64,000 nucleotides of DNA from Polyangiaceae bacterium. GTDB taxonomy: Bacteria > Myxococcota_A > Polyangia > Polyangiales > Polyangiaceae. Position 1 is the first letter of the stretch, and each line of letters opens with the position of its first letter. Location: assembly GCA_965222375.1 (NCBI GenBank), contig CBDCTZ010000008.1:192001-256000 (forward strand). Reading direction: 5' to 3'. This document shows positions 33,756 through 44,123 of this stretch, one piece after another. The notes under the pieces were generated by a model. It had not been told where the DNA came from. It saw only the letters and a program-made list of their open reading frames with translations, and made no database searches. A program made the position numbers and the translations under genes.

Positions 33756-35636
33756 TCAGAATCGCGCCTGCATAGCGACGCCATAGCCCACGAAATCCGG
33801 GGAAATGAAGCGCCGAAGCAGAACCGTACCACTGGGGTCGAGCTCGAGCCGGGTAGCGTTGTTGTCACGTCGATACTGCAGCCAAGTGACGGCGCTCATC
33901 ATGGGAGACAGATCCCACTTCAGACTCATGCGCGCCTGCAAGATCGGGACTCGAGTTTCCCCAACGGGCAAGAAGGCCAGGTTGCCCTGCTCGCGCACGA
34001 CAATCGTGCGCGACGTGTCCTGGCCAAACAAGTCAACGGACTCGCTGCGGAACGTGGCAGGCATCTGAAGCCCGGCGCCGAAGCCGGGCGTCAGCCGAGC
34101 ACTTTCGATGTAGTAGTCCGTGGACACCGCGAAGAAGGTCTCGTCTTCGGTTTTCGCCGCTTCTGGGATGGTCTGGAAGGGGATGAAGCTCGGCTGGTTC
34201 CGCAGCACGAAAGCCAGATCGCGGTAGATCGCAGATAGGCTGGTGCGAAGCGCCCCATATTGAAGATTCGCCTGCACGGCGGCGGCGCGGGCCAACTGTA
34301 TGTCTGTCGTGCCCGGGCGATCGAAGTCCTTCAAATTCTGGTGCAGCTGCGACGCCTCAGCGGAAAGCGCCCAGGTGAGTTTGCCAGCTTCGTAAGTCGT
34401 CTCTTTGAACAACTCCACGGGCGCGTTGGGATCGTTGCGATACAGCGAAAAGTCCGCACTCTTGGGAACAGGCATGCCATCGTGCACCACGACTCGGCCG
34501 GAAAACCCAAAGGTGAAAACCCGCTCGCCCAGCACGTCCGGTTCTTCGAAACGCCCCTGTTGGAAGTAGCCGGCACCCGCATCCACCCGAAGCATTTCGC
34601 CCAAGTCGACGCCAGCGCCCCCCAAGAAGCCGTAGTTCGTTTCGGCGACACGCACCGTGTCTGTCGAGGCGCCTTCGCCGCTTCCGCTTTCGACGATGCG
34701 CTGCTGCACCTCGACGATGCTGGCGGTCTTGAAACCGACATAACCGTAGAAGCCGTTACCGTCGTACTGGACCTTGGCTCCAGGTGCACTGCCCTGCAGC
34801 CGGGGGAAGATCGACTGGTTGATACGCGCGTTCGTGCCGCCCCAAGAGATGTCGTAGAGGTAACCGAGGCGAAAGCGATCCGTGTCGATCGGGTAGAGCA
34901 CCAGGCCGGTGCCCTCGGGCGACTGGTCCGTGCCGCCCATCTTGTAGAACACCCGCAAGTAGGTGCCAGCATCCTCGAACACTTTGTTCACGTTGTTCGA
35001 CTGGCTCGCCAAGCTCGACATGTTTACGCGCAGAACCAACGCGGCTTCCGTGTCCAGGTTCTTGACGTAGCCGGGCAACTTTCCGTAGAGCACGAGGTGC
35101 GAGACGTTTTCACGCCCCGAGAAGCGCGAATTCAGGTTGTCAAAGAAGAGCCGGTACTGGGAGCGATCGCCCACGCTGGCATTGGGCGAGAGGGGGATCG
35201 CTTCACCGGTGTCGTGAAGAAAATCGTCGTCGCCGAACGTCCACGTGAGGCGCGTGTCGACGAAGTCGCTGTGTGCCTTGGGTTTGCTCGGGTCGCTAGC
35301 CGCTGCCGTGACCTTGCCGCGTTGTTCCGCCAAGTCGACCTCGGGGCTGCGGGCGGCCGAAGACGTTGGGGCTTCCACGGGCTTGGCCGTGGTTTCCGGC
35401 TCTGGCGCAGGAGGCGGTTCTTCCGCCGGCGGAGCGGCCGGCTGTGGAGTCTCTTCGAGCTCGACCTTCTCCGGCGCGGGCTTTTCCTCCGCCGGTGGGT
35501 CAGCCGCAGGCGGATCCTGCGCGAGTGAGGGCGCCGCCAGTAGAAATACGCCAAAGAGCGCACCCACACCCGCCCGGCTGGACAGGTGGGTTCGGCAGCC
35601 GAGCCGGCCGCTAGTTTGTACCTTCGTTCGGATCAT
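33756..35636 (-). CDS. Hypothetical secreted protein, probable outer-membrane beta-barrel (start uncertain)
   Basis: Signal peptide (...LLAAPSLAQ), Pro/Glu-rich linker, amphipathic strands, terminal GYGVAMQARF. Confidence 0.75.
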   Translation of the reverse strand: MIRTKVQTSGRLGCRTHLSSRAGVGALFGVFLLAAPSLAQDPPAADPPAEEKPAPEKVELEETPQPAAPPAEEPPPAPEPETTAKPVEAPTSSAARSPEVDLAEQRGKVTAAASDPSKPKAHSDFVDTRLTWTFGDDDFLHDTGEAIPLSPNASVGDRSQYRLFFDNLNSRFSGRENVSHLVLYGKLPGYVKNLDTEAALVLRVNMSSLASQSNNVNKVFEDAGTYLRVFYKMGGTDQSPEGTGLVLYPIDTDRFRLGYLYDISWGGTNARINQSIFPRLQGSAPGAKVQYDGNGFYGYVGFKTASIVEVQQRIVESGSGEGASTDTVRVAETNYGFLGGAGVDLGEMLRVDAGAGYFQQGRFEEPDVLGERVFTFGFSGRVVVHDGMPVPKSADFSLYRNDPNAPVELFKETTYEAGKLTWALSAEASQLHQNLKDFDRPGTTDIQLARAAAVQANLQYGALRTSLSAIYRDLAFVLRNQPSFIPFQTIPEAAKTEDETFFAVSTDYYIESARLTPGFGAGLQMPATFRSESVDLFGQDTSRTIVVREQGNLAFLPVGETRVPILQARMSLKWDLSPMMSAVTWLQYRRDNNATRLELDPSGTVLLRRFISPDFVGYGVAMQARF

Positions 35637-37167
35637 CCTTGTCCCTCGGGAGCACGCACGGGTTATCTGTCAGGGAGCTGAGCGGAGCTGTCGGGCCTTC
35701 CACGCATGCCGGCTGGGAAGGCAGGTCGCACACAACATCCGCCGGGCAGCGAGCTTCGATCGTCCAATTGAGCGACCCCCCGCTGAAGTTTCGGAGCGTG
35801 CCGGTCACGGCTTTGATGGCCTTGCCACGCATGGCTACGGGGTCGAATCGGGTTCGAGGAATCGTACCGGTGTTGACCTGGATACCGACGCCGTTTTGAA
35901 AGATGACGCGGTAGTTGCCCCGGGCAGCGAAGCCCGTCCACTCGACGCATTGGGGCTCGGCCCCGCAAAGGTTGGCGCATTCGGCCTCGGGGCTGCCGGG
36001 CGTTTCGAAGTCGATGTCGCCGTTTCCGTCGAAATCACAATTCGAGGCATCTGGCGCGAAACCGTTCGTCGCTGGCTTGTCGCCGAAGAACTGCCCGATG
36101 GTCACACCTTCAACCCGCACGAGCGCACTCTCGATGCGTTCCAGCAAGACGTCGTCCCCGGCGAAGGTGTCGTCGATGACGATGGGCTCTGGCACCTGAC
36201 ACGGGCCGTCGTTCGGAGCCCCCGGGTTCTTGGGATCCGGGAAGACCCACTCGCGGTAGTTGAAGGATGGGAAAGACAGCTCAGTGAAACCGAAAAACTC
36301 CACGGCAGTTCCCGACAAGGCCGTGATTCGGTCGCAGACTCGCAACCCAGCAGGTGCATTGAACGTGAATGCGAAAACATGGTTGTAACAGAAGCCATCC
36401 GTGGCGCCGTTCGGCAGCAGGGGCCCCAGAATGTTCTTGTCGCATTCGGGCCTGCCAGCGACGGGATTGTCGCTGGTGTCCGTCGCGTAGAAACCGTCCG
36501 ACGCGATTCGCGTGACGATGAGGTTTGCTGGCAGCGCCGTCGCCACATCGACACCTTCGAGCTGATACGGAGTCCGGGATCCCCTACCCTGCACGTCACC
36601 AACCCGAGGCTTTGCGAAACGCACCGGCGCCGAAATACCCGTCGCAAACGTTCCGGCCGTCTCCGTGTCGTCGTTGGCGAACGCGCAACCTGGATCCTGG
36701 GGGTAGTCGAGCAAACCGTCCTCGTCGTTGTCGAGGCCGTCTGCGCACAGCGGAGGTTTTTCAGGATCTGAGGGTACGTAGCCGATGTCCTCGGCCCAGA
36801 TCCGCGTCGAGCCGCGAGCGTTGCGCACCACGATGCGGTGCTTTTCAGCGACGCCATCCAGAACCAATACGTTGCGACCACTTGCACGTGGTCCGCTGAC
36901 GCTCACGATGGACCCGGGTTCCGCACCTATGCGCACGAAGCCCTGAAAGCTGGAATCTAGAGAACCATCCGGATTGCGCGCGCGGATGTCGATTTCGAAC
37001 TCGACTTCTGCTGGAGGCAGCGGCAAGGGCGACTCGTCCGCGCCAGGCAGCGCGCTGCCATCCGTGGTGCGCACTTCGACCAAGAGCGCTTCGGTACGTT
37101 CGAGGATCTCGTTTTGAGTGGTGCAGGACACCAACACGAGCGCAGCGCCGGACAGCAGTCGTTTCAT
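35611..37167 (-). CDS. Cys-rich lipoprotein with OB-fold-like (YhcR/ExeM-type) region
   Basis: LVSC lipobox; CADGLDNDEDGLLD motif; SGTAVEFFGFTEL; ESALVRVEGV; 4-nt overlap with the nucleotidase gene. Confidence 0.75.
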   Translation of the reverse strand: MKRLLSGAALVLVSCTTQNEILERTEALLVEVRTTDGSALPGADESPLPLPPAEVEFEIDIRARNPDGSLDSSFQGFVRIGAEPGSIVSVSGPRASGRNVLVLDGVAEKHRIVVRNARGSTRIWAEDIGYVPSDPEKPPLCADGLDNDEDGLLDYPQDPGCAFANDDTETAGTFATGISAPVRFAKPRVGDVQGRGSRTPYQLEGVDVATALPANLIVTRIASDGFYATDTSDNPVAGRPECDKNILGPLLPNGATDGFCYNHVFAFTFNAPAGLRVCDRITALSGTAVEFFGFTELSFPSFNYREWVFPDPKNPGAPNDGPCQVPEPIVIDDTFAGDDVLLERIESALVRVEGVTIGQFFGDKPATNGFAPDASNCDFDGNGDIDFETPGSPEAECANLCGAEPQCVEWTGFAARGNYRVIFQNGVGIQVNTGTIPRTRFDPVAMRGKAIKAVTGTLRNFSGGSLNWTIEARCPADVVCDLPSQPACVEGPTAPLSSLTDNPCVLPRDKDDPNEGTN

Positions 37168-39443
37168 CGGCCCACCATCAGCACCCGTGCGTCGGATGCA
37201 CTGCCTAGGTCTTTATCGATACATGCCAGGAACTTGCACTGCTCGCCTCCCAGCTGACACGGGCCGATCTTCGAGGTGCAACTCGCGATGGCGATCGCGG
37301 ACTGGGCGTCAGAACAAGACTGCTTGAAGAAGTCCGCGACGCCCTGGCGACAGGCCGCTAGGACACAGCGCCCTTCGGAGCCGCAGGCACCTTGGGACGT
37401 GCAAGTGCCGTCCGCCGCTTCAGCGGCATTCTCCGGGCAGGCGCACACGAAGCTGCCACCGGGCACGCCGTTGCAATCCGCATCCGTGGTGCAGGCGCGC
37501 AAGCCATCGTCGGTGGAATGCTCCGGCCGATACCCGCAAGGCTTGCCCCCACGAACCCAATCGATCAACGCGTCACGCTGCTGGATCTTGGTGTCGAGCT
37601 GTGTGGTGTTCTTCTTGAGCACGACGAAGCCCGAGCCACCACCAGCGAGATATGTGCTCGTGGCCAACTCATAGGAACCGATGGGGTCGATCTGCACCAG
37701 GCAGCGCCCGCGGTTCTGGCTGTCGCGGAGGCCCAAGTCGCAAGAATTGAGCTGTCCGCCGCACTCGGCGTCGTTCGTACAGGGCTTTTCGTTCGAACCG
37801 ATGAAGATTTGGTCGGCGCAAGCGGTAATCAGGCAACTACCGGGCTTGTCTGGGGTCGAATCCGGCGCTGGGGCGGTCAGATCACACTCGTTGGAGGGGC
37901 AGTCTTCACCGCTACCACACGCCGTGAGCACCGGGTTGGCGCAACCTTTGCAGTTGAGCACGATGCGCGCACCCGCGATCTGTACCTGCGTCGCGCAACC
38001 TCGCCCCGCAGACCGGCGTGCGACGAAGTCGAACATCGACTGCACTTCAGAACCGGACAGCTGCATCTTGGAAATGGAGTTATCGAAGGGGAAGATGTTG
38101 AACATCTGCTCGACTGTCACGGGCCCGGGCACCATATCGGCACGGATCCCTGTCGTATTCGTGAGGGAGAAATCTGTCTCGATGCCGATGCGCCGCCACA
38201 TGGCCGTCGCAATCAGGTTGCCCAAGGGAGAGTCTCCGCCGCCGGTCCCGAAGCGGCGGGAGCCATCCGGCGCGAAGCCCACGAGAAGGTCGAGATCCAC
38301 CAGGGCGTCCAGCTCGCCACGATAGGGCTCGAGCAACTCCGTCACGGCCCGGTCTTGCGGCACGTCGCTGGTCACGGGAAAGAGCTTGAAGTTCTGTCCC
38401 ACAACTTCGAAGCCGTTGATGGGGTCGTAAGGGAAGTCCAGATCTCCCGGCTGATCGCTGACCACCAAGTCCAAGCGCCCCACGAACTTGGCGAAGGCGC
38501 CTGAGTGATTCAGCACCACCCTGCGTGGCTGGCAGTAGCGACGCATTCCGGGGTTTCCGTCGGCGTCCCTCAGCTCGATGTAGTTCCGACCCTGCTCGTC
38601 CACCATCGCGCAGTCTTCGACGATTTTGGGGGGCTGGAGCACGATGTGGTTGTGCCCACCGAGCACGATATCGATTCCCGTGGTGTGGCGGATCATCGAC
38701 TCGTCACCATTGAGCCCAAGATGGGTGACGAAGACCACCACGTCCACCAGCGGACGCAGCAGGTCGATGTAGGTCTGGGCCACATCGACGGTCTCGAGGG
38801 GTGTGACACCCAGGCGGCTCGGGCGCTCATAGAGAGAGCTGAGGCTGGACAGGTTGCCCATACCCACCACGCCGACTTTCAGACCGCGAACATTGAACGT
38901 CTTGAACGGAATGAGGACATTTTCGAGCTGGGGGTTCCCAGGCGCAGTGGTGTCTTCGAATAGGTAGTTGGCGGCGAGGACGGGGTAGCTCCCCCATTTC
39001 TGATACTGCTGACGGGCGTTCAGAGCGCCCTTGTCGAATTCGTGATTCGCGATGACCTGAGCATCGACGCCCATCATCCCCAGGGCACGGATCTCGGCTT
39101 CGCCATCAAAGAAGTTGAACACCGGCGCGCCCTGAAAGCAGTCACCACCGTCGATGTGCAGCACCCGATCAGCTCGCGCACGCTCGCGACCGATGATGTA
39201 CGCGATCCGCGCGGCGCCACCGACCGTCGAGACCGTGGCGGCAGGCCCGAGGCCCAGAGACGCATCATTCTGCGTGATCTGCAGAGCATAGGGGAACAGC
39301 CGGGAGTGAATGTCGGACGTGTGCAGCAACGTCAGCCGTGTTTGCCCCTGCACCCGATAGGGCGGGAGGTTCTCGGGACAACCCGAAAGCGCGAGTGCGC
39401 ATGCGCACGCCAGCGCGAGCATCAGGGCCGACGAGCGATTCAT
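37164..39443 (-). CDS. Metallophosphatase/5'-nucleotidase lipoprotein with Cys-rich inserts
   Basis: LSGC lipobox; HTSDIH, DGGDCFQG, ANHEFD, THLG, GGHNH; DSPLGNL, GIRAD, FPFDN, YLAGGGSGF. Confidence 0.92.
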   Translation of the reverse strand: MNRSSALMLALACACALALSGCPENLPPYRVQGQTRLTLLHTSDIHSRLFPYALQITQNDASLGLGPAATVSTVGGAARIAYIIGRERARADRVLHIDGGDCFQGAPVFNFFDGEAEIRALGMMGVDAQVIANHEFDKGALNARQQYQKWGSYPVLAANYLFEDTTAPGNPQLENVLIPFKTFNVRGLKVGVVGMGNLSSLSSLYERPSRLGVTPLETVDVAQTYIDLLRPLVDVVVFVTHLGLNGDESMIRHTTGIDIVLGGHNHIVLQPPKIVEDCAMVDEQGRNYIELRDADGNPGMRRYCQPRRVVLNHSGAFAKFVGRLDLVVSDQPGDLDFPYDPINGFEVVGQNFKLFPVTSDVPQDRAVTELLEPYRGELDALVDLDLLVGFAPDGSRRFGTGGGDSPLGNLIATAMWRRIGIETDFSLTNTTGIRADMVPGPVTVEQMFNIFPFDNSISKMQLSGSEVQSMFDFVARRSAGRGCATQVQIAGARIVLNCKGCANPVLTACGSGEDCPSNECDLTAPAPDSTPDKPGSCLITACADQIFIGSNEKPCTNDAECGGQLNSCDLGLRDSQNRGRCLVQIDPIGSYELATSTYLAGGGSGFVVLKKNTTQLDTKIQQRDALIDWVRGGKPCGYRPEHSTDDGLRACTTDADCNGVPGGSFVCACPENAAEAADGTCTSQGACGSEGRCVLAACRQGVADFFKQSCSDAQSAIAIASCTSKIGPCQLGGEQCKFLACIDKDLGSASDARVLMVGR

Positions 39444-39530
39444 CAGCGAAAGCACTTAGCAATTCCCCCGTTCGGAGCCAAGCGCCCATTGGTTTCAGCC
39501 GTTTTGGCCCGCCGCTGGCGGGGGCGTGCG

Positions 39531-41339
39531 TCAATCGTCGTCGATGAGGTCCGCCATCCGAGCACACAAGGCGGCTTCCACGGCGCCCTCGACCTCAGCA
39601 GCCGTGCCCAGTTGGAGTGCCCGAAGCGCCAGGTCTTCAGCCTCGGCAACGCTGACCCGGGAGATGGCGGCTTTGACCTTGGGAATAGCGGCGGCCTCTA
39701 GGCTCAGGCTGCGCAGGCCAACGCCCAAGAGCACGACCGTGGCCAGGGGATCGCTCGCCATCGCGCCGCAGACAGCGACGGGTCGGTCATGGGTTTGGGC
39801 AGCGCCCACAACGCCCTGAATCAAACGCAAGATTGACGGATCGAGGGGCGTGGCGAGGTGGGCCAACTCACGATTGGTGCGATCTACGGCCAGGGCGTAC
39901 TGGACCAAATCGTTGGTCCCGATGCTCAAGAATTCAGCCTCCCGTGCCATCACGTCTGCCATGACCGCGGCGGATGGCACTTCGATCATGATGCCCAGCG
40001 GGGTTTTGCCAGAGCGAGCCTGACCCGCCGCGTCCACCTCCTGTTGTGCTTCCAGGAACAACTCTCGGGCGCGCACCAGTTCGCTGAGAGAGGCAATCAT
40101 TGGGATCATGATGCGCAAGTCCCCGTGGGCTGACGCGCGAATCATCGCCCGCAGCTGGGTCTTGAAGATTTCCGGACGTGACAGACCCAAGCGAATGGCG
40201 CGCAACCCCAGTGCGGGGTTCATGTCCTTGGGCACTTGGAAGGCGCTGACGAACTTGTCGCCGCCGATATCGAAGGTCCGCACCGTGACCGGGCGGCCTT
40301 GCGCCGCGGACAGCACCCGAGCGTAGGTTTCGTATTGTTCCGCCTCGCTCGGCGGCTCGCTGCGGTCGACGCAAAGAAACTCCGTACGATACAGGCCGAT
40401 ACCCGCGGCGCCCAGATCCATCGCGATTTCTGCCTCTCCGGGCAGCTCGATGTTGGCCGTCAGTTCGACGGGCTGTCCACAGCTCGTCGTCGTGGGCGCA
40501 TCTCGAGACTCGAGCAGTCCGCGAGCGTGCAACATGCGCCGCTCCACCCGCCGCTCGGCGCTGGTCATCATCTCCACAGTGGGCGAGACGACGATGCGAC
40601 CCCGAGTGCCGTCCACGATCAGCATGTCGCCGTTGCCGACTACATCGAGGAGCTGACGAACCCCCACCACGGCGGGGATTTCCAGTGCTCGCGCCAAGAT
40701 GGAGGTGTGGCTGGTTCGCGTACCGATCTCCGTCGCCATCGCGAGCACGTGGCCGCGATCAAAGGTTGCAGTTTCCGCCGGAGAGAGGTCGTGGGCCACG
40801 ATGATCCCGGGCGCATCTAGACGCGCCGCCGTAGCTCCGTGCTTCTTGCCGGACAGCGCCATCTGAAGCCGGTCTCCGATGAACTCGAAGTCGTGGCTGC
40901 GCTCCGCAAGATAGGGGTCGTCCCCTTCTCGGAGCTGAACAGCCATGTCTTTGATCGCGGTTTCGAGGGCCCATTCCGCGCATTGCTGGTCGATGCGGAT
41001 CCGGCGCTCGACATCCTCTCGAAGCGTCTCGTCTTCCACCATCAGCACGTACGCCTCCAGAATCGAGGACTCCGCCCGGCCGGTCCCCTTCTTGACGCGT
41101 TCGGTGACCTCCCGCAGGGCTCGCGCTGCCGCCTCCACCGCAGCGTCAAAGCGCCCGAGTTCCCCCTCCGCAGCGCCACGACTCACGTGACGACGTACGA
41201 CCCCCTTGCGACGGGTGTCGATCACGACAGCGCGACCGATCGATAGCCCCGACGACCCCGCGATGCCGTCGAGTGTCACCGGAGGGCGATCCGCCACCGC
41301 GGGCAGCCTCCCGGACGAGCCACTCGATCTCATAGGCAT
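39531..41339 (-). CDS. ptsI: PEP-protein phosphotransferase (EI, no GAF domain)
   Basis: TSHTSI, GIGLYRTEF, NPALGLRAIR, SIGTNDLVQY. Confidence 0.93.
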   Translation of the reverse strand: MPMRSSGSSGRLPAVADRPPVTLDGIAGSSGLSIGRAVVIDTRRKGVVRRHVSRGAAEGELGRFDAAVEAAARALREVTERVKKGTGRAESSILEAYVLMVEDETLREDVERRIRIDQQCAEWALETAIKDMAVQLREGDDPYLAERSHDFEFIGDRLQMALSGKKHGATAARLDAPGIIVAHDLSPAETATFDRGHVLAMATEIGTRTSHTSILARALEIPAVVGVRQLLDVVGNGDMLIVDGTRGRIVVSPTVEMMTSAERRVERRMLHARGLLESRDAPTTTSCGQPVELTANIELPGEAEIAMDLGAAGIGLYRTEFLCVDRSEPPSEAEQYETYARVLSAAQGRPVTVRTFDIGGDKFVSAFQVPKDMNPALGLRAIRLGLSRPEIFKTQLRAMIRASAHGDLRIMIPMIASLSELVRARELFLEAQQEVDAAGQARSGKTPLGIMIEVPSAAVMADVMAREAEFLSIGTNDLVQYALAVDRTNRELAHLATPLDPSILRLIQGVVGAAQTHDRPVAVCGAMASDPLATVVLLGVGLRSLSLEAAAIPKVKAAISRVSVAEAEDLALRALQLGTAAEVEGAVEAALCARMADLIDDD

Positions 41340-41358
41340 ACCGCGACGCTACGAGGCT

Positions 41359-41634
41359 TCATTCGCTCTCCCCAAACCGATCGTTGATCAGCTGACCAAT
41401 CTGCCGCACAGCTTCCTCCGCACCATCCCCTCGCGCTTCCACGCCAATCACGGAGCCTTGAGATCCACAAAGCAATAGCACGCCCATCACGCTCTTGGCA
41501 TTAGCCGCTTGCCCCTCGCGGCTCACCTCGATTTCACAGGGAAAGCGACACGCCAGTTGGACCAACTTGGTCGCTGCACGTGCATGCAGCCCAAGTCGGT
41601 TCTTGATTTCGAACTCGCCCCTCGCAGGCTCCAC
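41359..41634 (-). CDS. ptsH: HPr-family phosphocarrier
   Basis: GLHARAA (His15), AKSVMG (Ser46). Confidence 0.93.
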   Translation of the reverse strand: MEPARGEFEIKNRLGLHARAATKLVQLACRFPCEIEVSREGQAANAKSVMGVLLLCGSQGSVIGVEARGDGAEEAVRQIGQLINDRFGESE

Positions 41635-42570
41635 TTAGGCGCCGCTCCCACCGGGTTCACTCTTCCGGTCCAGATTGACGCGATCCACGTCCCGGTGCAC
41701 CAAATCGACTTCGCCACCCGTTTCCTCGTGTAGGTGCACTGCGATGCGCTCGGCCAAGGCGACGGAGCGGTGGCGCCCACCCGTGCAACCAATGGCGACG
41801 GTGAGGTAGCTCTTGCCTTCTCTCTCGTACCTAGGCAGGCAGAATTCCAGGAGCGAAAGCACGTGGCTGAGTAGCTCCTGGGTGTCCGGCTCTCCAAGCA
41901 CGTAGTCACGTACCGCAACCGACTGCCCGGTGAGATCTCGTAGTTCCGGCTCGAAGTAGGGGTTCTTCAGGAAGCGCACATCGAAGACGAGATCCGCGTC
42001 CACGGGCGCCCCATATTTGAAACCAAAAGAAACGACGCGAATCCGCATCCGTGGCGCGACCCCAGCGGCGGGACCAAATTGCAGCAGCACTTGGCGGCGC
42101 AACTCATGCACCGACAGGTTGGTCGTGTCGATGACATGGGTTGCGCGAGCCCGGAGAGGGGCAAGTTTTTCCCGCTCGATGCTGATGCCGTCCAGAACCG
42201 CCGGAGCCTCCGTGGAGGCCCCAGGGGCCCGCACGGTCGATAGCGGGTGGGGTCGCCGGGTGCTGGAAAACCTACGGATCAGGCTGGCGTCGGAGGCGTC
42301 CAAGAACAAGACGTTCACCACCTTTGCCAGCTCCCCGACGGAATCGACGAGTTCGCCGACCGCATCCACGAAGCTTCGCACGCGCACATCGATCCCGAAG
42401 GCGACCCGGGACACACCGGCTTCCCCCAGCGCGATCAGCGTAGAGCGTGCGACCGGTGGCGGCATGTTGTCCACGCAGAAAAACCCCAGATCCTCCAACG
42501 CGTGTAGCGCTGTCGACTTCCCCGCCCCTGACATCCCGGTGACGACGGCGAGGTGCTGGCACCCGCTCAA
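41635..42570 (-). CDS. rapZ: RNase adapter RapZ/YvcJ
   Basis: GMSGAGKS, SFGFKYG, DVRFL.NP, GCTGGRHRS. Confidence 0.95.
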   Translation of the reverse strand: MSGCQHLAVVTGMSGAGKSTALHALEDLGFFCVDNMPPPVARSTLIALGEAGVSRVAFGIDVRVRSFVDAVGELVDSVGELAKVVNVLFLDASDASLIRRFSSTRRPHPLSTVRAPGASTEAPAVLDGISIEREKLAPLRARATHVIDTTNLSVHELRRQVLLQFGPAAGVAPRMRIRVVSFGFKYGAPVDADLVFDVRFLKNPYFEPELRDLTGQSVAVRDYVLGEPDTQELLSHVLSLLEFCLPRYEREGKSYLTVAIGCTGGRHRSVALAERIAVHLHEETGGEVDLVHRDVDRVNLDRKSEPGGSGA

Positions 42571-43628
42571 CGCCCCCTCCTCGGCCCCACAGGTGGCGGA
42601 GCAGTGCTCTCTGGAACTTTGACCCGAGGCAGGGTGCTGCTCGGCGGACGCTGCGCGCGCATCTCGCCACTACCGCTACCGGTGACGGTCTCGAGGCGCT
42701 CCACGAACTCCCGAGCGGGGTGATGCCCGGCTTGTCGCAACAGCTCATCCCGTGCCGCAATTTCGATGATTGAGCTCATGTTGCGGCCGGGTTGAATCGG
42801 AAGAATCACTTCGCGTATCGGCACACCGAGCACTTCCTTGTGGTGCTCGTCCAGTCCGATGCGGTCGTAGTGCCCCTCCTTTTTGAACAGCTCGAGCTGA
42901 ATGATCAGATCGACCCTTTTTCGCTCACGGATAGCGGTGACTCCGTAGAGATCTTTGATGTTCAGAATGCCGAGGCCGCGCACCTCGATGTGGTGACGCA
43001 GCAGCTCTGCCGGCTGTCCAAAGATCATCCCGGGCGGCTTGAAGTCACATTCGATGACATCGTCTGCCACTAGGCGGTGTCCACGCATGACGAGTTCGAG
43101 CGCACACTCACTCTTGCCAATGCCACTCGTGCCCAAAAGCAGAACGCCAACTTCGAAAACATCGACCAGCACGCCATGAATCCGGGCGCGGGGTGCGAGG
43201 CGCTCATCCAGCAGCGTGTGTATAGCCGTAATCGCCGAAGATGACCGCTCGGCACATACGACCAGGGGCGTGCCGGTGCGTTCTGCCTCTTTGATGAAAG
43301 GCTCGGGTGGGTCCACTCCACGGGTGACGAACACGCAGGAAAGGCCCAGAGAAAACAAGCCGCGGGCAGCCGCAATCTGCTCCTCCGCAGACAGCGCGCC
43401 CGCATAAGAGAGCTCGGTTTCGCCGAGGACCTGCACCCGCTCTGGGATGATCCCGTGCATATGGCCCACTAGGGCCAGTCCAGACTTCTGGATGCGGGGG
43501 TGACCAATCAAACGGTCCAGGCCGCCGCCGCCGGCAAGCAGCCGCACATTGAGATCCAGGGCGGCGTCTTCCAGCAGGTCGCGAACGGCAACGGTTAGCT
43601 GAGTATCCGGCGGATCGTAGACGGTCAT
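42567..43628 (-). CDS. hprK: HPr kinase/phosphorylase
   Basis: HGVLVDV, GTSGIGKSECALEL, LVADD, EVRGLGI. Confidence 0.95.
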   Translation of the reverse strand: MTVYDPPDTQLTVAVRDLLEDAALDLNVRLLAGGGGLDRLIGHPRIQKSGLALVGHMHGIIPERVQVLGETELSYAGALSAEEQIAAARGLFSLGLSCVFVTRGVDPPEPFIKEAERTGTPLVVCAERSSSAITAIHTLLDERLAPRARIHGVLVDVFEVGVLLLGTSGIGKSECALELVMRGHRLVADDVIECDFKPPGMIFGQPAELLRHHIEVRGLGILNIKDLYGVTAIRERKRVDLIIQLELFKKEGHYDRIGLDEHHKEVLGVPIREVILPIQPGRNMSSIIEIAARDELLRQAGHHPAREFVERLETVTGSGSGEMRAQRPPSSTLPRVKVPESTAPPPVGPRRGR

Positions 43629-44101
43629 GTTGCCCCCAATGTGTCATCGCGCTGGCGAAGAAGCTGGTACGCCGCCTCGGCGTCGGCGGACTCCACGAGC
43701 CGCTTGCGAGTCCCCACATCCCGCAGCATCCGAGAAATTCGCGCCAAAAGACGCAGGTGCTCCCCGGTCGCCCTGCGCGGACCAATCACGCCAAAAACGA
43801 TGGTGCAACGAGCACCATCGATGGCCTCGAAGGGCACGCCCCGGGGACAGACCAATAGGGCACCAGCCTGGCTTTTGGCGGTCTCGACGGATGCATGCGG
43901 AATGGCGACGCCGTCACCGATCCCCGTACTCTGCAACTCTTCGCGATCCGTGAGGAGCTTTTCGATGTCTTGCTCGGGCGCGCCAACTACGGGTGCCAGC
44001 ATGCCGGCGAGCAAGCGTAGCGCATCCGGTTTCTCCTGCACGAATCCGCCGTCGAGGTCGACGAGGATGCGTCCCACCGTGAGAACATCGGTCAGCCGCA
44101 T
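43625..44101 (-). CDS. ptsN: PTS EIIA (Ntr/Fru type)
   Basis: RE...STGIGDGVAIPH; HLRLLARI; start moved to ATG 44101. Confidence 0.88.
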   Translation of the reverse strand: MRLTDVLTVGRILVDLDGGFVQEKPDALRLLAGMLAPVVGAPEQDIEKLLTDREELQSTGIGDGVAIPHASVETAKSQAGALLVCPRGVPFEAIDGARCTIVFGVIGPRRATGEHLRLLARISRMLRDVGTRKRLVESADAEAAYQLLRQRDDTLGAT

Positions 44102-44123
44102 CAGAATGCTCGACCCAGCTGGC

